From assembly GCA_045605085.1 (NCBI GenBank), contig JAZUPI010000004.1, positions 44,114-108,113 on the forward strand: 64,000 bases of DNA. Direction: 5' to 3'. Of the stretch, positions 45,192 to 55,852 are shown in pieces. Positions within the stretch are counted from its first letter, which is position 1. Every line of letters begins with the position of its first letter. Source of the DNA: Acutalibacteraceae bacterium (lineage in GTDB: Bacteria; Bacillota; Clostridia; Oscillospirales; Acutalibacteraceae). A program made the translations under genes and the position numbers. The notes below the pieces were generated by a model. It was not told where the DNA came from. It worked only from the letters and a program-made list of their open reading frames with translations, and did no database searches.

Positions 45192-46991
45192 ATGATAAGA
45201 AAGCTTCTCGTTTATGCAAAAAAATATAAGCTTCCTGCAATAATGTCACCTCTTTGTATAATTTTCGAGGTACTTATTGAGGTTACCATTCCCCTTTTAA
45301 TGTCAGTTATTGTAGACTGTGGCATTTCGGGACAGTCGTTGGAGGAAAAGGGTGGCCTTGCCGCAAACATACTTATCTCCCTGGGCTTCAGTGGTAAAAC
45401 AGGCACAGATCTTATACTTTCCGTTGGTGTGCTTATGCTTGGACTTGCTTGCATATCTCTTCTGTGTGGAGCAAGTGCTGCATTTTTTGCTGCAAAAGCA
45501 GGTATGGGCTTTGGTGCCGAGCTTCGTCAGGGTATTTTTGAAAAAATTCAGGATTTTTCTTTCTCAAACGTTGACAAATTCTCAACAGGCTCCATCATTA
45601 CACGAATGACAACAGATATAAACATGGTGCAGATGGCGTTTATGATGGCGTTACGTATGCTCATACGCTCACCACTTATGTTTGTTATGGCAATATCCAT
45701 GGCATTCACAATAAACAAAAAGCTTTCCCTTGTTTTTATGTGTATTGCCCCTATTATGTTTGCCTTGATTCTTTTAATCGGCTCTGCTGCACATAAGCGT
45801 TTCACAAAAATGTTCAAAAAATATGACCAATTCAACAACGCAATACAGGAAAACCTTATTGCTGCAAGAGTTGTTAAAGCATTTGTAAGAGCAAAGCACG
45901 AAAAAGAAAAATTTGAAATTTCAAACAATGAGTTAAGGGATGCTTCAATATTTGCAGAAAAGCTTATTATCCTTAACGGACCTATAATGACAATATCTAT
46001 TTACAGCTGTATTATCCTCGTTTTATGGATAGGCACAAAGCTTATTTTAGGTGGAGATATGTTATTAGGTGACCTTATGAGCTTTATCACCTATATTCAG
46101 CAGATATTTATGTCGCTTATGATAGTCTCTATGATTTTCGTTATGGCTGTTATGGCAAAGGCTGCAATGGTGCGTATCAATGAAATTCTTGAAGAAAAGC
46201 CACACATTACAGATGATGACTGCGACAAAGCTGCCCTTGTAAAGGATGGTAGCATTGAGTTTAAGGGCGTGTCCTTCAAATACAGTAAGGGTGCAGAAAA
46301 CAATGTACTCAAGGACGTGAACCTTTCCATTGCATCAGGTGAAACAGTAGGTATTCTTGGTGGTACCGGCTCTGCGAAAACCTCACTTGTTCAACTTATC
46401 CCACGTCTTTACGACGTTACTGAGGGTGAAGTTTTTGTCGGTGGCAGAAACGTAAAAGATTACTCTCTTGAACATCTTCGCAACAGCGTTTCAATGGTTT
46501 TACAGACCAACCTTCTTTTCTCAGGCACAATAGAAGAAAATCTTCGTTGGGGCGACAACAATGCAACAATGGAAGAGCTTCGTGCAGCTGCTAAAATTGC
46601 GCAGGCAGATGATTTTGTTATGAGCTTCCCCGACGGCTACCAGACAGATTTAGGTCAGGGTGGTGTTAATGTTTCAGGTGGTCAGAAGCAAAGACTTTGT
46701 ATTGCAAGAGCAATACTCAAAAATCCTAAGGTGCTTATCCTTGACGACTCCACAAGTGCTGTTGATACAGCAACCGATGGTAAAATCCGTGAAGGAATGA
46801 AAAACCTTCTTCCTGAAACCACAAAAATCATAATTGCCCAACGAATAAACTCTATTCAGCACGCAGACAAAATAGTAGTGCTTGATGACGGTAAAATTAA
46901 CGATATAGGTACACACGACGAATTGCTTTCACGAAACGAGATATACAAAGAAGTGTACATTTCTCAGCAAGAAAGCAAAATGGAACAATAA
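45192..46991 (+). CDS. heterodimeric ABC exporter subunit with degenerate ATP site
   Basis: NBD motifs are GGTGSAKTS, VSGGQKQRL, VLILDDSTSAVD (Asp in place of the catalytic Glu) and IIAQR (Gln in place of the H-loop His). Confidence 0.85.
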   Translation: MIRKLLVYAKKYKLPAIMSPLCIIFEVLIEVTIPLLMSVIVDCGISGQSLEEKGGLAANILISLGFSGKTGTDLILSVGVLMLGLACISLLCGASAAFFAAKAGMGFGAELRQGIFEKIQDFSFSNVDKFSTGSIITRMTTDINMVQMAFMMALRMLIRSPLMFVMAISMAFTINKKLSLVFMCIAPIMFALILLIGSAAHKRFTKMFKKYDQFNNAIQENLIAARVVKAFVRAKHEKEKFEISNNELRDASIFAEKLIILNGPIMTISIYSCIILVLWIGTKLILGGDMLLGDLMSFITYIQQIFMSLMIVSMIFVMAVMAKAAMVRINEILEEKPHITDDDCDKAALVKDGSIEFKGVSFKYSKGAENNVLKDVNLSIASGETVGILGGTGSAKTSLVQLIPRLYDVTEGEVFVGGRNVKDYSLEHLRNSVSMVLQTNLLFSGTIEENLRWGDNNATMEELRAAAKIAQADDFVMSFPDGYQTDLGQGGVNVSGGQKQRLCIARAILKNPKVLILDDSTSAVDTATDGKIREGMKNLLPETTKIIIAQRINSIQHADKIVVLDDGKINDIGTHDELLSRNEIYKEVYISQQESKMEQ

Positions 46992-47006
46992 GAAAGGAGA
47001 GTTGTT

Positions 47007-48974
47007 ATGGCTGAAAAAATAAAATCCCGTAAGCCAGAGGGTGGACCGGGAAACAAAATGAAATTCGGCAAGCCAAAAAACGCAGGCAAGACAATTAAAA
47101 AGCTGCTCTCCTACGTTGCCAAAAGCAAAGGGCTTCTTGCATTGGTTGTTTTAATGGTGCTTGTTTCTGCAGGTGCAAACGTTGTGGGAACTTACCTTCT
47201 TTCTCCAATAGTTGACGAAATCGGTAACCTTGTTTCCACAGGCTCCGACGATATGAGTAAGCTTATACGCTACATTTGTGTGCTTGGTCTTATTTATCTT
47301 TCAGGCTTATGTGCACAGTATGCTCAATCACGAATTATGCTCAGTGTTTCCCAAAACACACTTAACGTATTAAGAAAAGATCTTTTTGATCATTTACAGG
47401 ATTTACCAATAAAATACTTTGACACACATACCCACGGTGAGCTTATGAGCCGTTTCACAAACGACGTTGATACAGTTCGTGAAGCCATAAGTCAGGGACT
47501 TATACAGACACTTTCTTCATTTATTACTGCTGTGGGCATTTTCGTTATGATGCTTTCAATAAGTCCAGCCCTCACCTGCCTTATTGTTCTTATGCTTGTT
47601 ATTATGCTTACCATTATCAAGTTCATTGGTAAGCGTAGCTCAAACTATTTCCGTAAGCAACAAAGTGAGGTAGGACACCTTAATGGCTATATTGAAGAGC
47701 TTATTGAGGGCTTAAAGGTTGTAAAGGTATTCTGTCGCGAGGATATTACAAAGAAGGAGTTTTCCGAAATCAACGAAAGTTTCAGAAAAGCAGGTACAAA
47801 GGCTCACACCTTCGCAAGTATTCTTATGCCTATAATGGGTAACATTTCTTACTTCAATTTCACTTTAACTGCTGCTGTAGGTGCTTTTATAATCCTCAAC
47901 ATCAGCCCTGAGGTTTCGGGCCTTATGGGATTCTTTACAGGTGGCTTTAAGGGTATTCTTACAATAGGCTCGCTTGCTTCATTCCTTCAGTACACTCGTC
48001 AATTCTCAAACCCTATTACCCAGGTTTCTCAGCAGATGAACAACATTTTCGCAGCCCTTGCAGGTGCTGAAAGAATATTTGAAATTATTGACGCTGAGCC
48101 TGAAGAGGACGAAGGCTACGTTACACTTGTAAATGCAAGATTTGACGAAAACGGCAATATCGAAGAGGCAGCAGAAAGAACAGGCATATGGGCCTGGAAG
48201 CACCCGCACTCTGCAGACGGTAGTGTTACCTATACACAACTTAAGGGCGATGTGCGTTTCCATGATGTTACCTTCTCTTACGACGGCAAAAAGACAGTTC
48301 TTAAAAATGTTTCTCTTTATGCAAAGCCTGGTCAGAAGATTGCTTTCGTTGGCTCAACAGGTGCAGGTAAAACTACAATTACAAACCTCATAAACAGATT
48401 TTATGACGTCCAGGAAGGTAAAATCACCTACGACGGCATAAACATAAAAAAGATAAAGAAGGACGACCTTCGTCGCTCACTTGCAATGGTGTTACAGGAT
48501 ACTCATCTGTTTACAGGTACCGTTGAAGATAACATCCGTTACGGCAAGCTTGATGCAACCCACGAGGAAATTGTTGAGGCTGCAAAGGTTGCCAATGCGC
48601 ACAGCTTCATTTCACGTCTTCCTGAGGGCTACAACACAATGCTTACAGGCGACGGTGCAAACCTTTCTCAAGGTCAAAGACAGCTTTTGTCTATTGCACG
48701 TGCAGCTGTTGCAAACCCACCTGTGCTTATTCTTGACGAGGCAACAAGCTCTATCGACACACGTACAGAGCGTCTTATTGAAAAAGGTACGGATAAGCTT
48801 ATGGAGGGCAGAACTGTTTTTGTTATTGCCCACAGGCTTTCAACTGTACGAAATTCCAATGCTATAATGGTTCTTGAAAATGGCGAAATCATAGAAAAAG
48901 GTGACCACGACACGCTTCTTGAACAGCAAGGAAAATACTACAAGCTTTACACAGGTCAATTTGAACTTTCATAA
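47007..48974 (+). CDS. heterodimeric ABC exporter subunit with consensus ATP site
   Basis: NBD motifs are GSTGAGKTT, a non-canonical signature LSQGQRQLL, VLILDEATSSID and VIAHRL. Confidence 0.85.
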   Translation: MAEKIKSRKPEGGPGNKMKFGKPKNAGKTIKKLLSYVAKSKGLLALVVLMVLVSAGANVVGTYLLSPIVDEIGNLVSTGSDDMSKLIRYICVLGLIYLSGLCAQYAQSRIMLSVSQNTLNVLRKDLFDHLQDLPIKYFDTHTHGELMSRFTNDVDTVREAISQGLIQTLSSFITAVGIFVMMLSISPALTCLIVLMLVIMLTIIKFIGKRSSNYFRKQQSEVGHLNGYIEELIEGLKVVKVFCREDITKKEFSEINESFRKAGTKAHTFASILMPIMGNISYFNFTLTAAVGAFIILNISPEVSGLMGFFTGGFKGILTIGSLASFLQYTRQFSNPITQVSQQMNNIFAALAGAERIFEIIDAEPEEDEGYVTLVNARFDENGNIEEAAERTGIWAWKHPHSADGSVTYTQLKGDVRFHDVTFSYDGKKTVLKNVSLYAKPGQKIAFVGSTGAGKTTITNLINRFYDVQEGKITYDGINIKKIKKDDLRRSLAMVLQDTHLFTGTVEDNIRYGKLDATHEEIVEAAKVANAHSFISRLPEGYNTMLTGDGANLSQGQRQLLSIARAAVANPPVLILDEATSSIDTRTERLIEKGTDKLMEGRTVFVIAHRLSTVRNSNAIMVLENGEIIEKGDHDTLLEQQGKYYKLYTGQFELS

Positions 48975-48983
48975 AAACAATTA

Positions 48984-49030
48984 GCGGATAGCCTACAGCA
49001 ATTAGCTGTTAAGTTATCCGCCTCTTTATT
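48984..49030 (+). terminator. probable rho-independent terminator
   Basis: Pairings GCGGATA...TATCCGC and ACAGC...GCTGT, followed by CTCTTTATT. Confidence 0.55.
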
Positions 49031-49131
49031 ACAATTATTTAAGATTTTGTAATATTTATTGAAAATTCTACGAAAATGTATATAATTAAGACGTTATATA
49101 AAAATATGCAAACTATTGTGTGGTAAATGAT

Positions 49132-50601
49132 ATGGAACATATTTTAAAATCTGAAAAATCTCTGGCACAGCTTGAGAAGCTACGTAAATTTTTACTCAGC
49201 GACAAATGGATGGGAATCCTTTTTGCAATCACACTGGTATTTGCTTGCCTGCACTCCTTCTACCCAAAAGAGCAATATCAAATTTGGGGAACAGTTGTTT
49301 TAGCATATATTACCGGCTTTGTTTTTCTTGTATCAGGTGACATTTTTACAATGTTGATTCCCTCGTTGTTCACCTACTGCATTGCAATAAGGTGCTACAA
49401 CTCCCTGGAAGCGTTCACAAGCATTATATGGGTCGGCATCCCCTTGGTGGCAATAGTTCTTTTTAATGTTATAGCCTATTACAAAAAACCAACTACGAAG
49501 GGGTCCCAATTCCTACCCATGCTCCTTGTTTCTTTTGCAGTTATACTAGGTGGTATAGGCGTAATATCTGCAAAGGATTATTTTTCAGGTGCATCAATTT
49601 ACAATATGCTGGGCATCGGCTTTGCTATGGTGCTTGTTTATTGCTTCTGCTTTTCAAAAATTGACGTAAACAAAAGCTATTCTTTGATTGAAAAGATCAC
49701 AGATATTATGATTGTTATTGGTCTGTTTATATCTGTTATGACATTCTTGCATTACGTCATAAACGTAAACACCGTTATAGATAAGGGTGGCATTTTCTAC
49801 ATCAGGTGGCGTAACAACGCTTCCACTATACTTATGATGGCTATGCCTTTCGCCTTTTTCAAGGGCAACAAAAAGCCTTACGTTGCGGTGCTCGCATTTA
49901 TTTTCTACATAGCAATGCTTCTTACAGGCTCCCGTGGTGGTATGCTTTTCGGTTCCATCGAAATAGTAATGTGCCTTGTAATGTTCATTCTTTATGACAA
50001 CCGTCGCAGATTGGCATACATTCTCATATGCCTTTGCTTCGTCTTTGTTGCACTTGTTTTCTTACCTGAAATTACATCTTTCCTGAACTTTACAATTCAA
50101 AGGCTTTTCAAGGTGCTTAATCAATTCCTTTTAGGTGGTCCCGACACAGAAACACGAGTGCGTCACTATGCACGAGGTGTTGAGGATTTCTTCAACCACC
50201 CAATACTCGGCACAGGCTTAGGCAACCTTACAAACAGAGATATTTTCAAGAGTAAGCCGGGCTCCCTTTGTTGGTACCACTGTGCACCAATACAGGTTAT
50301 TGGTAGCTTCGGTATTGTTGGTGTTATTACCTTCTCATACCAGTTTGTAAAAAGACTTCTCTTAATATGGAAAAAAGCCACTCTTTTTAATATGACTATT
50401 TTCCTTTCGTACATCAGCCTTGAGTTGATGTCACTTGTAAACCCGGGTGTCTTTTGTCCAATGCCATACCTTTTCCTTGTAATTCTCTTCCTGATTATTG
50501 TTGAAAAATGCAACAACAACGACTCTGAGCCACAGGTTAAAGTACCTATTCTTAAAAAGTTCAGAGAAAAAAGAAGAGCAAAAAAATTGGCTGCTAAATA
50601 A
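49132..50601 (+). CDS. O-antigen ligase/polymerase-like (Wzy_C-type) membrane protein
   Basis: About 10-12 TM helices with a central LLTGSRGGML motif and a periplasmic-type loop, as in the Wzy_C/O-antigen-ligase family. Start could be ATG 49132 or GTG 49120. Confidence 0.55.
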   Translation: MEHILKSEKSLAQLEKLRKFLLSDKWMGILFAITLVFACLHSFYPKEQYQIWGTVVLAYITGFVFLVSGDIFTMLIPSLFTYCIAIRCYNSLEAFTSIIWVGIPLVAIVLFNVIAYYKKPTTKGSQFLPMLLVSFAVILGGIGVISAKDYFSGASIYNMLGIGFAMVLVYCFCFSKIDVNKSYSLIEKITDIMIVIGLFISVMTFLHYVINVNTVIDKGGIFYIRWRNNASTILMMAMPFAFFKGNKKPYVAVLAFIFYIAMLLTGSRGGMLFGSIEIVMCLVMFILYDNRRRLAYILICLCFVFVALVFLPEITSFLNFTIQRLFKVLNQFLLGGPDTETRVRHYARGVEDFFNHPILGTGLGNLTNRDIFKSKPGSLCWYHCAPIQVIGSFGIVGVITFSYQFVKRLLLIWKKATLFNMTIFLSYISLELMSLVNPGVFCPMPYLFLVILFLIIVEKCNNNDSEPQVKVPILKKFREKRRAKKLAAK

Positions 50602-50618
50602 AAATCAAGCAAAAAATT

Positions 50619-50654
50619 ATCCGAGATTCGCGTTAAACGAATCTCGGATTTTTA
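50619..50654. terminator. bidirectional rho-independent terminator
   Basis: 12-bp stem ATCCGAGATTCG / CGAATCTCGGAT with flanking A-run and T-run. Confidence 0.8.
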
Positions 50655-50668
50655 GTTATAAGCTAAAC

Positions 50669-52477
50669 TTATTTATACATTGGGCCGTAAGCTTCGCAAG
50701 CACGGAAGTCAGCACTTTCAAGCTCCTGAGTACCAAATGCATTCCAACATGCAGGACGGAAGATCTTATCTTCGTCAACGTTGTGCATTGAAACAGGGAT
50801 ACGAAGCATAGATGCAAGAGTAATGATATCTGCACCGATGTGACCATAAGAAATTGCACCATGGTTAGCACCCCAGTGGTTCATTACTTCGTATGCAGAA
50901 GTGAATGGACCCTTACCTGTAAGCTTTGGAGCAAACCATGTACATGGCCATGTGTAGTCTGTTCTCTTCCAGATAATGTCTGAAACCTCATCAGGAAGTG
51001 CCACTGTGTAACCTTCACAAATCTGGAGTGTTGGTCCAAGGCCCTTAACAAGGTTAAGACGGATCATTGTCGCAGGCATTTCTGCTCTTGTAAGGAAACG
51101 GCTAGAATATCCACCGCCACGGAAGTAACCGTTATCTGCTGCGCACCATTCTGTAGCATCGTTAATCTTCTTGATATCTTCGTCAGTAACGTCGTACCAC
51201 TCTTTGATGATGCCGTTACCGTCTGCATCCTTAACCTCACCACAAGCGTCAAGACAGCAAGCACCTGAGTTGATAAGGTGAATAAAGCCCTTTGACTCTG
51301 CAGCCTTACCTTCAAGGTCGTAGCCTGTAACTCTCTTTGTAGCCTCCGGACTCCAGTATGTACGAACGTCAGCGAACATCTGTGGACGGTTTGTAAGAAG
51401 CTTCATGAGAAGCATGCTTACACCGTTAAGTGTATCGTTCTCTGTTGCAAGAATGTATGGCTCACGAGCACCGTTCCAGTCAAAGCTTGTGTTAAGCATT
51501 GCTTCTGCAAAGTCAGCGTTTGGATAGAAGTCAGTCCACTGTCTCTGCCCCTGGAAGCCTGCTGCAATTGCATTGTGACCAACCATTTCTTCTTCGCGAC
51601 CTTCAGGAAGGTTGTTGTTACCATTCATAAGGTCTTTGATGATACACATCATCTTAACTGTGAACTCCCAATCCTTTTCCTTCTGCTCGTCGCTCTTCTT
51701 AACGAAGTCAGGGTTCTTATCGAAGCCTTCTTTACAATTCTCCTTAACCCATTTGTAAGCTCTCTGGTATTCTTCTTCATCATAGATGCCTTCACTCATT
51801 CGACGGATAATTTCTACCTCGTCAACTGATTCAACACGCATACCAAGATATTCCTCGAAGAAGTCTGTATCAATTGAAGAACCTGCAATACCCATACAGA
51901 TTGAACCAATCTGAAGGTATGATTTACCCTTCATTGTTGCTGCTGCAACTGCTGCTCTTGCAAAACGAAGAAGCTTTTCTTCAACGTCTGCAGGAATTGT
52001 TGTGTCGTCTGCATCCTGAACGTCTTTACCGTAGATGCCGAAAGCAGGAAGACCCTTTTGTGCATGCGCTGCAAGAACTGCTGCAAGGTAAACTGCACCA
52101 GGACGCTCTGTTGCGTTAAAGCCCCATACACCTTTAATTGTTAATGGATCCATATCCATTGTTTCGGAGCCGTAGCACCAGCAAGGTGTAACAGAAAGAG
52201 TAATCTGTACGCCTTCCTTCTGGAACTTGTTTGCACAAGCTGCTGCTTCTGCAACTCTACCGATTGTAGAATCTGCAATAACAACCTTTACAGGCTCACC
52301 ATTTGAATATTTAAGATTTTCTGTAAAAAGCTTAGCAGCTGATTTAGCCATGTTCATTGTCTGCTCTTCAAGAGACTCACGAACCTTAAGCGGACCACGT
52401 CTGCCGTCAATAATCGGACGGATACCGATTACAGGATATTCACCGAGAAATCTGTTTTCTGCCATGATATTGTTCAT
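50669..52477 (-). CDS. fucI: L-fucose isomerase
   Basis: 602 aa. N-terminus [12 protein letters not shown]...VIADSTIG and overall length are typical of FucI. Confidence 0.85.
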   Translation of the reverse strand: MNNIMAENRFLGEYPVIGIRPIIDGRRGPLKVRESLEEQTMNMAKSAAKLFTENLKYSNGEPVKVVIADSTIGRVAEAAACANKFQKEGVQITLSVTPCWCYGSETMDMDPLTIKGVWGFNATERPGAVYLAAVLAAHAQKGLPAFGIYGKDVQDADDTTIPADVEEKLLRFARAAVAAATMKGKSYLQIGSICMGIAGSSIDTDFFEEYLGMRVESVDEVEIIRRMSEGIYDEEEYQRAYKWVKENCKEGFDKNPDFVKKSDEQKEKDWEFTVKMMCIIKDLMNGNNNLPEGREEEMVGHNAIAAGFQGQRQWTDFYPNADFAEAMLNTSFDWNGAREPYILATENDTLNGVSMLLMKLLTNRPQMFADVRTYWSPEATKRVTGYDLEGKAAESKGFIHLINSGACCLDACGEVKDADGNGIIKEWYDVTDEDIKKINDATEWCAADNGYFRGGGYSSRFLTRAEMPATMIRLNLVKGLGPTLQICEGYTVALPDEVSDIIWKRTDYTWPCTWFAPKLTGKGPFTSAYEVMNHWGANHGAISYGHIGADIITLASMLRIPVSMHNVDEDKIFRPACWNAFGTQELESADFRACEAYGPMYK

Positions 52478-52484
52478 CCTTTCG

Positions 52485-52501
52485 TTTGTACAAAGTACAA
52501 A
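52485..52501. promoter_or_regulatory. palindrome TTTGTAC-AAA-GTACAAA, candidate operator upstream of fucI
   Basis: Perfect 7-bp arms, 8-24 nt upstream of the fucI start codon, next to the RBS. Confidence 0.3.
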
Positions 52502-52592
52502 ATATTACATCTAATAGTATAGCACAAAATATATTCTTTTCAATTATTATAAAGTAAAATTTTCGGGCTCGTTTATGTTAAAAATGCCAAAA

Positions 52593-53291
52593 TCAAGGGT
52601 TTTTTTTGCCTTCGCTCTGCATTTTTTTCATTCTACACCAATTAATAAAACCATACAAGTCGTTAACCAGGAATACACAAAAGCATACTATTACGGAAAT
52701 ATACGAGTTATCCTCTTTTGCAGCCATAATCCACATAACAATAAGAACAACGTCGTTAAATGCGTAAGCAAGTGGGAAGTATGGTGTGCGCATAAATGTA
52801 AGGTATGCAGCAAAAAACGAGGTAAAAATTGAAAGTGTGCTTGGCACAAGGTTTGCAGTTTCCAAAGCTGACAAAATGAAATAAAACACTATTGTCACTA
52901 TTATGGTAAGCACCATACCACATGCAAATATTTTAGAGTTTAACTCCCTCACCTTCACCTGTGACCTGCTTTTTCCGTAAGGATTTTTCAACCACGAAAT
53001 CAACGAAAACAACGCCATTGGTGCAGTCATTCCCATGTATGTTATCATTTCACCATAATAGGAAAAGCTGTATGAAATTATGGTATAAAGCAGACTGAAA
53101 ATAATCATCAACACATTGCCGAAGGGGTTGCCCTTAGCAAGAAAAATCAACGACGTAACACCTACAAGCGATGCCACAAAATTCATATAACTTCCATTGT
53201 CAAACAACACGTAAAATATGCTTATTACCGCAACTGAACAAACCCATAGAGTTATTTCCCACTTTGTAAAATAGGACAAATATTTTTTCAT
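52593..53291 (-). CDS. pnuC: nicotinamide riboside transporter PnuC family
   Basis: About 7-TM protein with PnuC-like repeated halves (LAKGNPFGNVLMI..., FMRTPYFPLAYAFNDVVLIVMWI). Start at ATG 53291 after AGGAG. Confidence 0.7.
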   Translation of the reverse strand: MKKYLSYFTKWEITLWVCSVAVISIFYVLFDNGSYMNFVASLVGVTSLIFLAKGNPFGNVLMIIFSLLYTIISYSFSYYGEMITYMGMTAPMALFSLISWLKNPYGKSRSQVKVRELNSKIFACGMVLTIIVTIVFYFILSALETANLVPSTLSIFTSFFAAYLTFMRTPYFPLAYAFNDVVLIVMWIMAAKEDNSYISVIVCFCVFLVNDLYGFINWCRMKKMQSEGKKNP

Positions 53292-53301
53292 AAAATCTCC
53301 T

Positions 53302-53369
53302 AAAAAAGAAGCATTCGTCACACATCTTCTAAGACCTAACGATGTGAAACGAATGCTTAATTTGCATTC
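53302..53369 (-). terminator. glyA terminator / possible regulated attenuator in front of pnuC
   Basis: On the minus strand, the stem AAGCATTCG...CGAATGCTT (53358-53350 with 53317-53309) has an inner stem CACATC/GATGTG and a T-run (53308-53302) ending at the pnuC RBS. An alternative hairpin GAATGC-AAATTAA-GCATTC (53369-53351) competes for the 5' arm. Confidence 0.55.
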
Positions 53370-53397
53370 ACTACCCGGTGGCAGTTAAATATTTTTA

Positions 53398-54654
53398 TTA
53401 ATCAGCGTAAAGAGGATACTTGTCACAGATTCTTGTAACGTTTTCTCTGATGTAATCTGCGCTGTTTTCAAAATCGGTTGCAGCAAGTTTGATATATTCT
53501 GCTATGTCTACCATATCCTGTGCTTCAAAGCCTCTTGTGGTAACTGCAGCAGTACCGATACGGATACCACTTGTAACAAAAGGCTTTTCAGGCTCTCTTG
53601 GGATAGAGTTTTTGTTAACTGTAATATAAACCTCGTCAAGGCGACGCTCAAGCTCTTTGCCTGTAATCCCAAGGCTTCTTAAATCCAAAAGAAGAAGATG
53701 GTTATCGGAGCCACCTGAAACCATATCTACACCCTGTGCAGCAAGCGCATTTTCAAGTGCCTTGCAGTTAGCAATAACCCTCTTCGCATACTCTTTGAAC
53801 TCAGGCTTGAGTGCTTCACCAAAGCAAATTGCTTTTGCTGCAATAATGTGCATAAGAGGACCACCCTGTATACCGGGGAAAATAGCCTTGTTAACCTTCT
53901 TTGCAATTTCCTCGTCGTTAGTGAGAATTATACCACCACGAGGACCACGTAAGGTTTTGTGTGTTGTTGAAGTAACAACGTGTGCATATGGTACAGGTGA
54001 TGGGTGCACACCTGCAGCAACAAGACCCGCAATGTGAGCCATATCTACCATAAACACAGCGTTTACTTTATCTGCAATTTCACGGATTTTTTTGAAATCT
54101 ATTGTTCTTGGGTATGCTGAAGCACCTGCTACAATCATCTTTGGCTTACATTCAACTGCCTTTTTCTCAAGTGCATCGTAGTCAAGGAAGCCGTTGTCGT
54201 CAACACCGTAGCTTTCAAAGTTGAAGTATGAACCACTTACGTTAACAGGTGAGCCGTGTGTAAGGTGACCACCATCTGCAAGGCTCATACCAAGAACTGT
54301 GTCACCCGGCTGAAGAAGTGCAAAATACACACCGAAGTTTGCCTGTGAGCCTGAGTGTGGCTGAACGTTTGCATATTCGCAACCAAAAAGCTTTTTAAGT
54401 CTTTCAATTGCAAGTGACTCTGCAATATCAACGAACTCGCAACCACCGTAATATCTCTTTGAAGGATAACCCTCTGCATATTTGTTCGTGAAGATGCTAC
54501 CACTTGCAGCCATAACTGCTGCAGATGTATAGTTTTCACTTGCTATAAGCTCAATGTTTCTGCTCTGACGAACTTGCTCCTGACGGAACGCTTCAAAAAG
54601 CTCACTATCAGCACTTTCGAGATAAGCGAAGTCTTTTTCAAGATAAGAATTCAT
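53398..54654 (-). CDS. glyA: serine hydroxymethyltransferase
   Basis: [10 protein letters not shown], the PLP-site motif [14 protein letters not shown], and length. Start at ATG 54654 after GGGAGGA. Confidence 0.9.
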   Translation of the reverse strand: MNSYLEKDFAYLESADSELFEAFRQEQVRQSRNIELIASENYTSAAVMAASGSIFTNKYAEGYPSKRYYGGCEFVDIAESLAIERLKKLFGCEYANVQPHSGSQANFGVYFALLQPGDTVLGMSLADGGHLTHGSPVNVSGSYFNFESYGVDDNGFLDYDALEKKAVECKPKMIVAGASAYPRTIDFKKIREIADKVNAVFMVDMAHIAGLVAAGVHPSPVPYAHVVTSTTHKTLRGPRGGIILTNDEEIAKKVNKAIFPGIQGGPLMHIIAAKAICFGEALKPEFKEYAKRVIANCKALENALAAQGVDMVSGGSDNHLLLLDLRSLGITGKELERRLDEVYITVNKNSIPREPEKPFVTSGIRIGTAAVTTRGFEAQDMVDIAEYIKLAATDFENSADYIRENVTRICDKYPLYAD

Positions 54655-54930
54655 TTTTCTTCCTCCCATTTACTCGTAACTGTATTATATCTCAACAGAG
54701 TTACTCAATAGAAAACCAATTGAAATAATAATACAACAAAAATCACGTCATTTCAACCGATATGAAGTATTTTATACAATTATCCTCCATTATTTTTATT
54801 ATACTACTAAAACCACTGCTTCAAGCTATATTTTTTGAATTTTTTATATTGCCAATTCACAAAATAATGATATAATTATTATGAGTATTAATATGAAAAA
54901 GTATGCTCTTTTGCGAAAAGGTGATTTCAA

Positions 54931-55848
54931 ATGAATTCAAACGAACTCAAAAAACAAATTGAACAATTAAAAAAGGAAACAGGTACGGTTATTCTTGCCC
55001 ACACGTACCAGGACCCCGACATTATTGATATTGCAGACGTTACAGGCGACAGCTTCTTTTTAAGCAAAAAGGCTGCAGAGCTTAAGGCAAAAAGGGTTGT
55101 TATGTGTGGCGTTCGTTTTATGGCTGAAAGCGTAAAAATTCTTTCACCAGAAACAGAAACAATTTTGCCTGTACCTTCAGCTACCTGCCCTATGGCAGAA
55201 CAAATCGCTCCTGAAAGAGTCAGAAAATACAAGGAAGAAAACCCTGAGGCACAGGTTGTTGCATACATTAACACAACTGCTGCGCTTAAGGCAGAATGTG
55301 ACGTTTGTGTAACAAGCTCTTCCGCTATAAAGATTGTGAGCAAATTAGATGCTAAGGAAATACTTTTTATTCCTGACCAGCATTTAGGCTCCTTTGTAAA
55401 AAAACAGCTTCCTGATAAGAATATTACTCTTTGGGACGGCTACTGTCCTGTTCACGCTCAGCTTACTAAGGAAGATGTTCTTGCTTGTAAAAAGGCACAT
55501 CCTACTGCAAAGTTTGCCGTACATCCCGAATCTCCTGCTGAGGTTGTTGAGCTTGCAGATATGGTTGGTGCAACAAGTGAAATTATCTCTTACGCAAAAG
55601 CTACTCCGGGCGAGGTTATAATAGGCACCGAAAAAGGCGTTGTTGACTATCTTGCTCTTCACGAAGAAAACGGAGAACGCTTTATTCAGCTTTCTCCTGA
55701 AAAGCTTTGCTGTGAGGATATGAAAAAAATCTCCCTTGAGGACATTTTAAAGGCTCTTAAGGGTGAGGGTGGCGAAGAAATTATTCTTCCGGAAGATTTA
55801 AGAAAGAAAGCATTAATTGCTATAAACCGAATGTTGGAATTGGGGTAA
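54931..55848 (+). CDS. nadA: quinolinate synthase
   Basis: ILAHTYQ...CGVRFMAES...CPMA...YINTTA...CPVH pattern of NadA. Confidence 0.9.
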   Translation: MNSNELKKQIEQLKKETGTVILAHTYQDPDIIDIADVTGDSFFLSKKAAELKAKRVVMCGVRFMAESVKILSPETETILPVPSATCPMAEQIAPERVRKYKEENPEAQVVAYINTTAALKAECDVCVTSSSAIKIVSKLDAKEILFIPDQHLGSFVKKQLPDKNITLWDGYCPVHAQLTKEDVLACKKAHPTAKFAVHPESPAEVVELADMVGATSEIISYAKATPGEVIIGTEKGVVDYLALHEENGERFIQLSPEKLCCEDMKKISLEDILKALKGEGGEEIILPEDLRKKALIAINRMLELG

Positions 55849-55852
55849 TAAA

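Noticed and set aside
54676-54706. Imperfect inverted repeat GTAACTGT...ACAGAGTTAC in the glyA/nadA divergent region as a NiaR/NadR operator
   Set aside because: The arms are interrupted by a 2-nt insertion. It overlaps a likely glyA -10 (TATAAT) and does not match any NAD-regulator motif I can recall. Not supportable.
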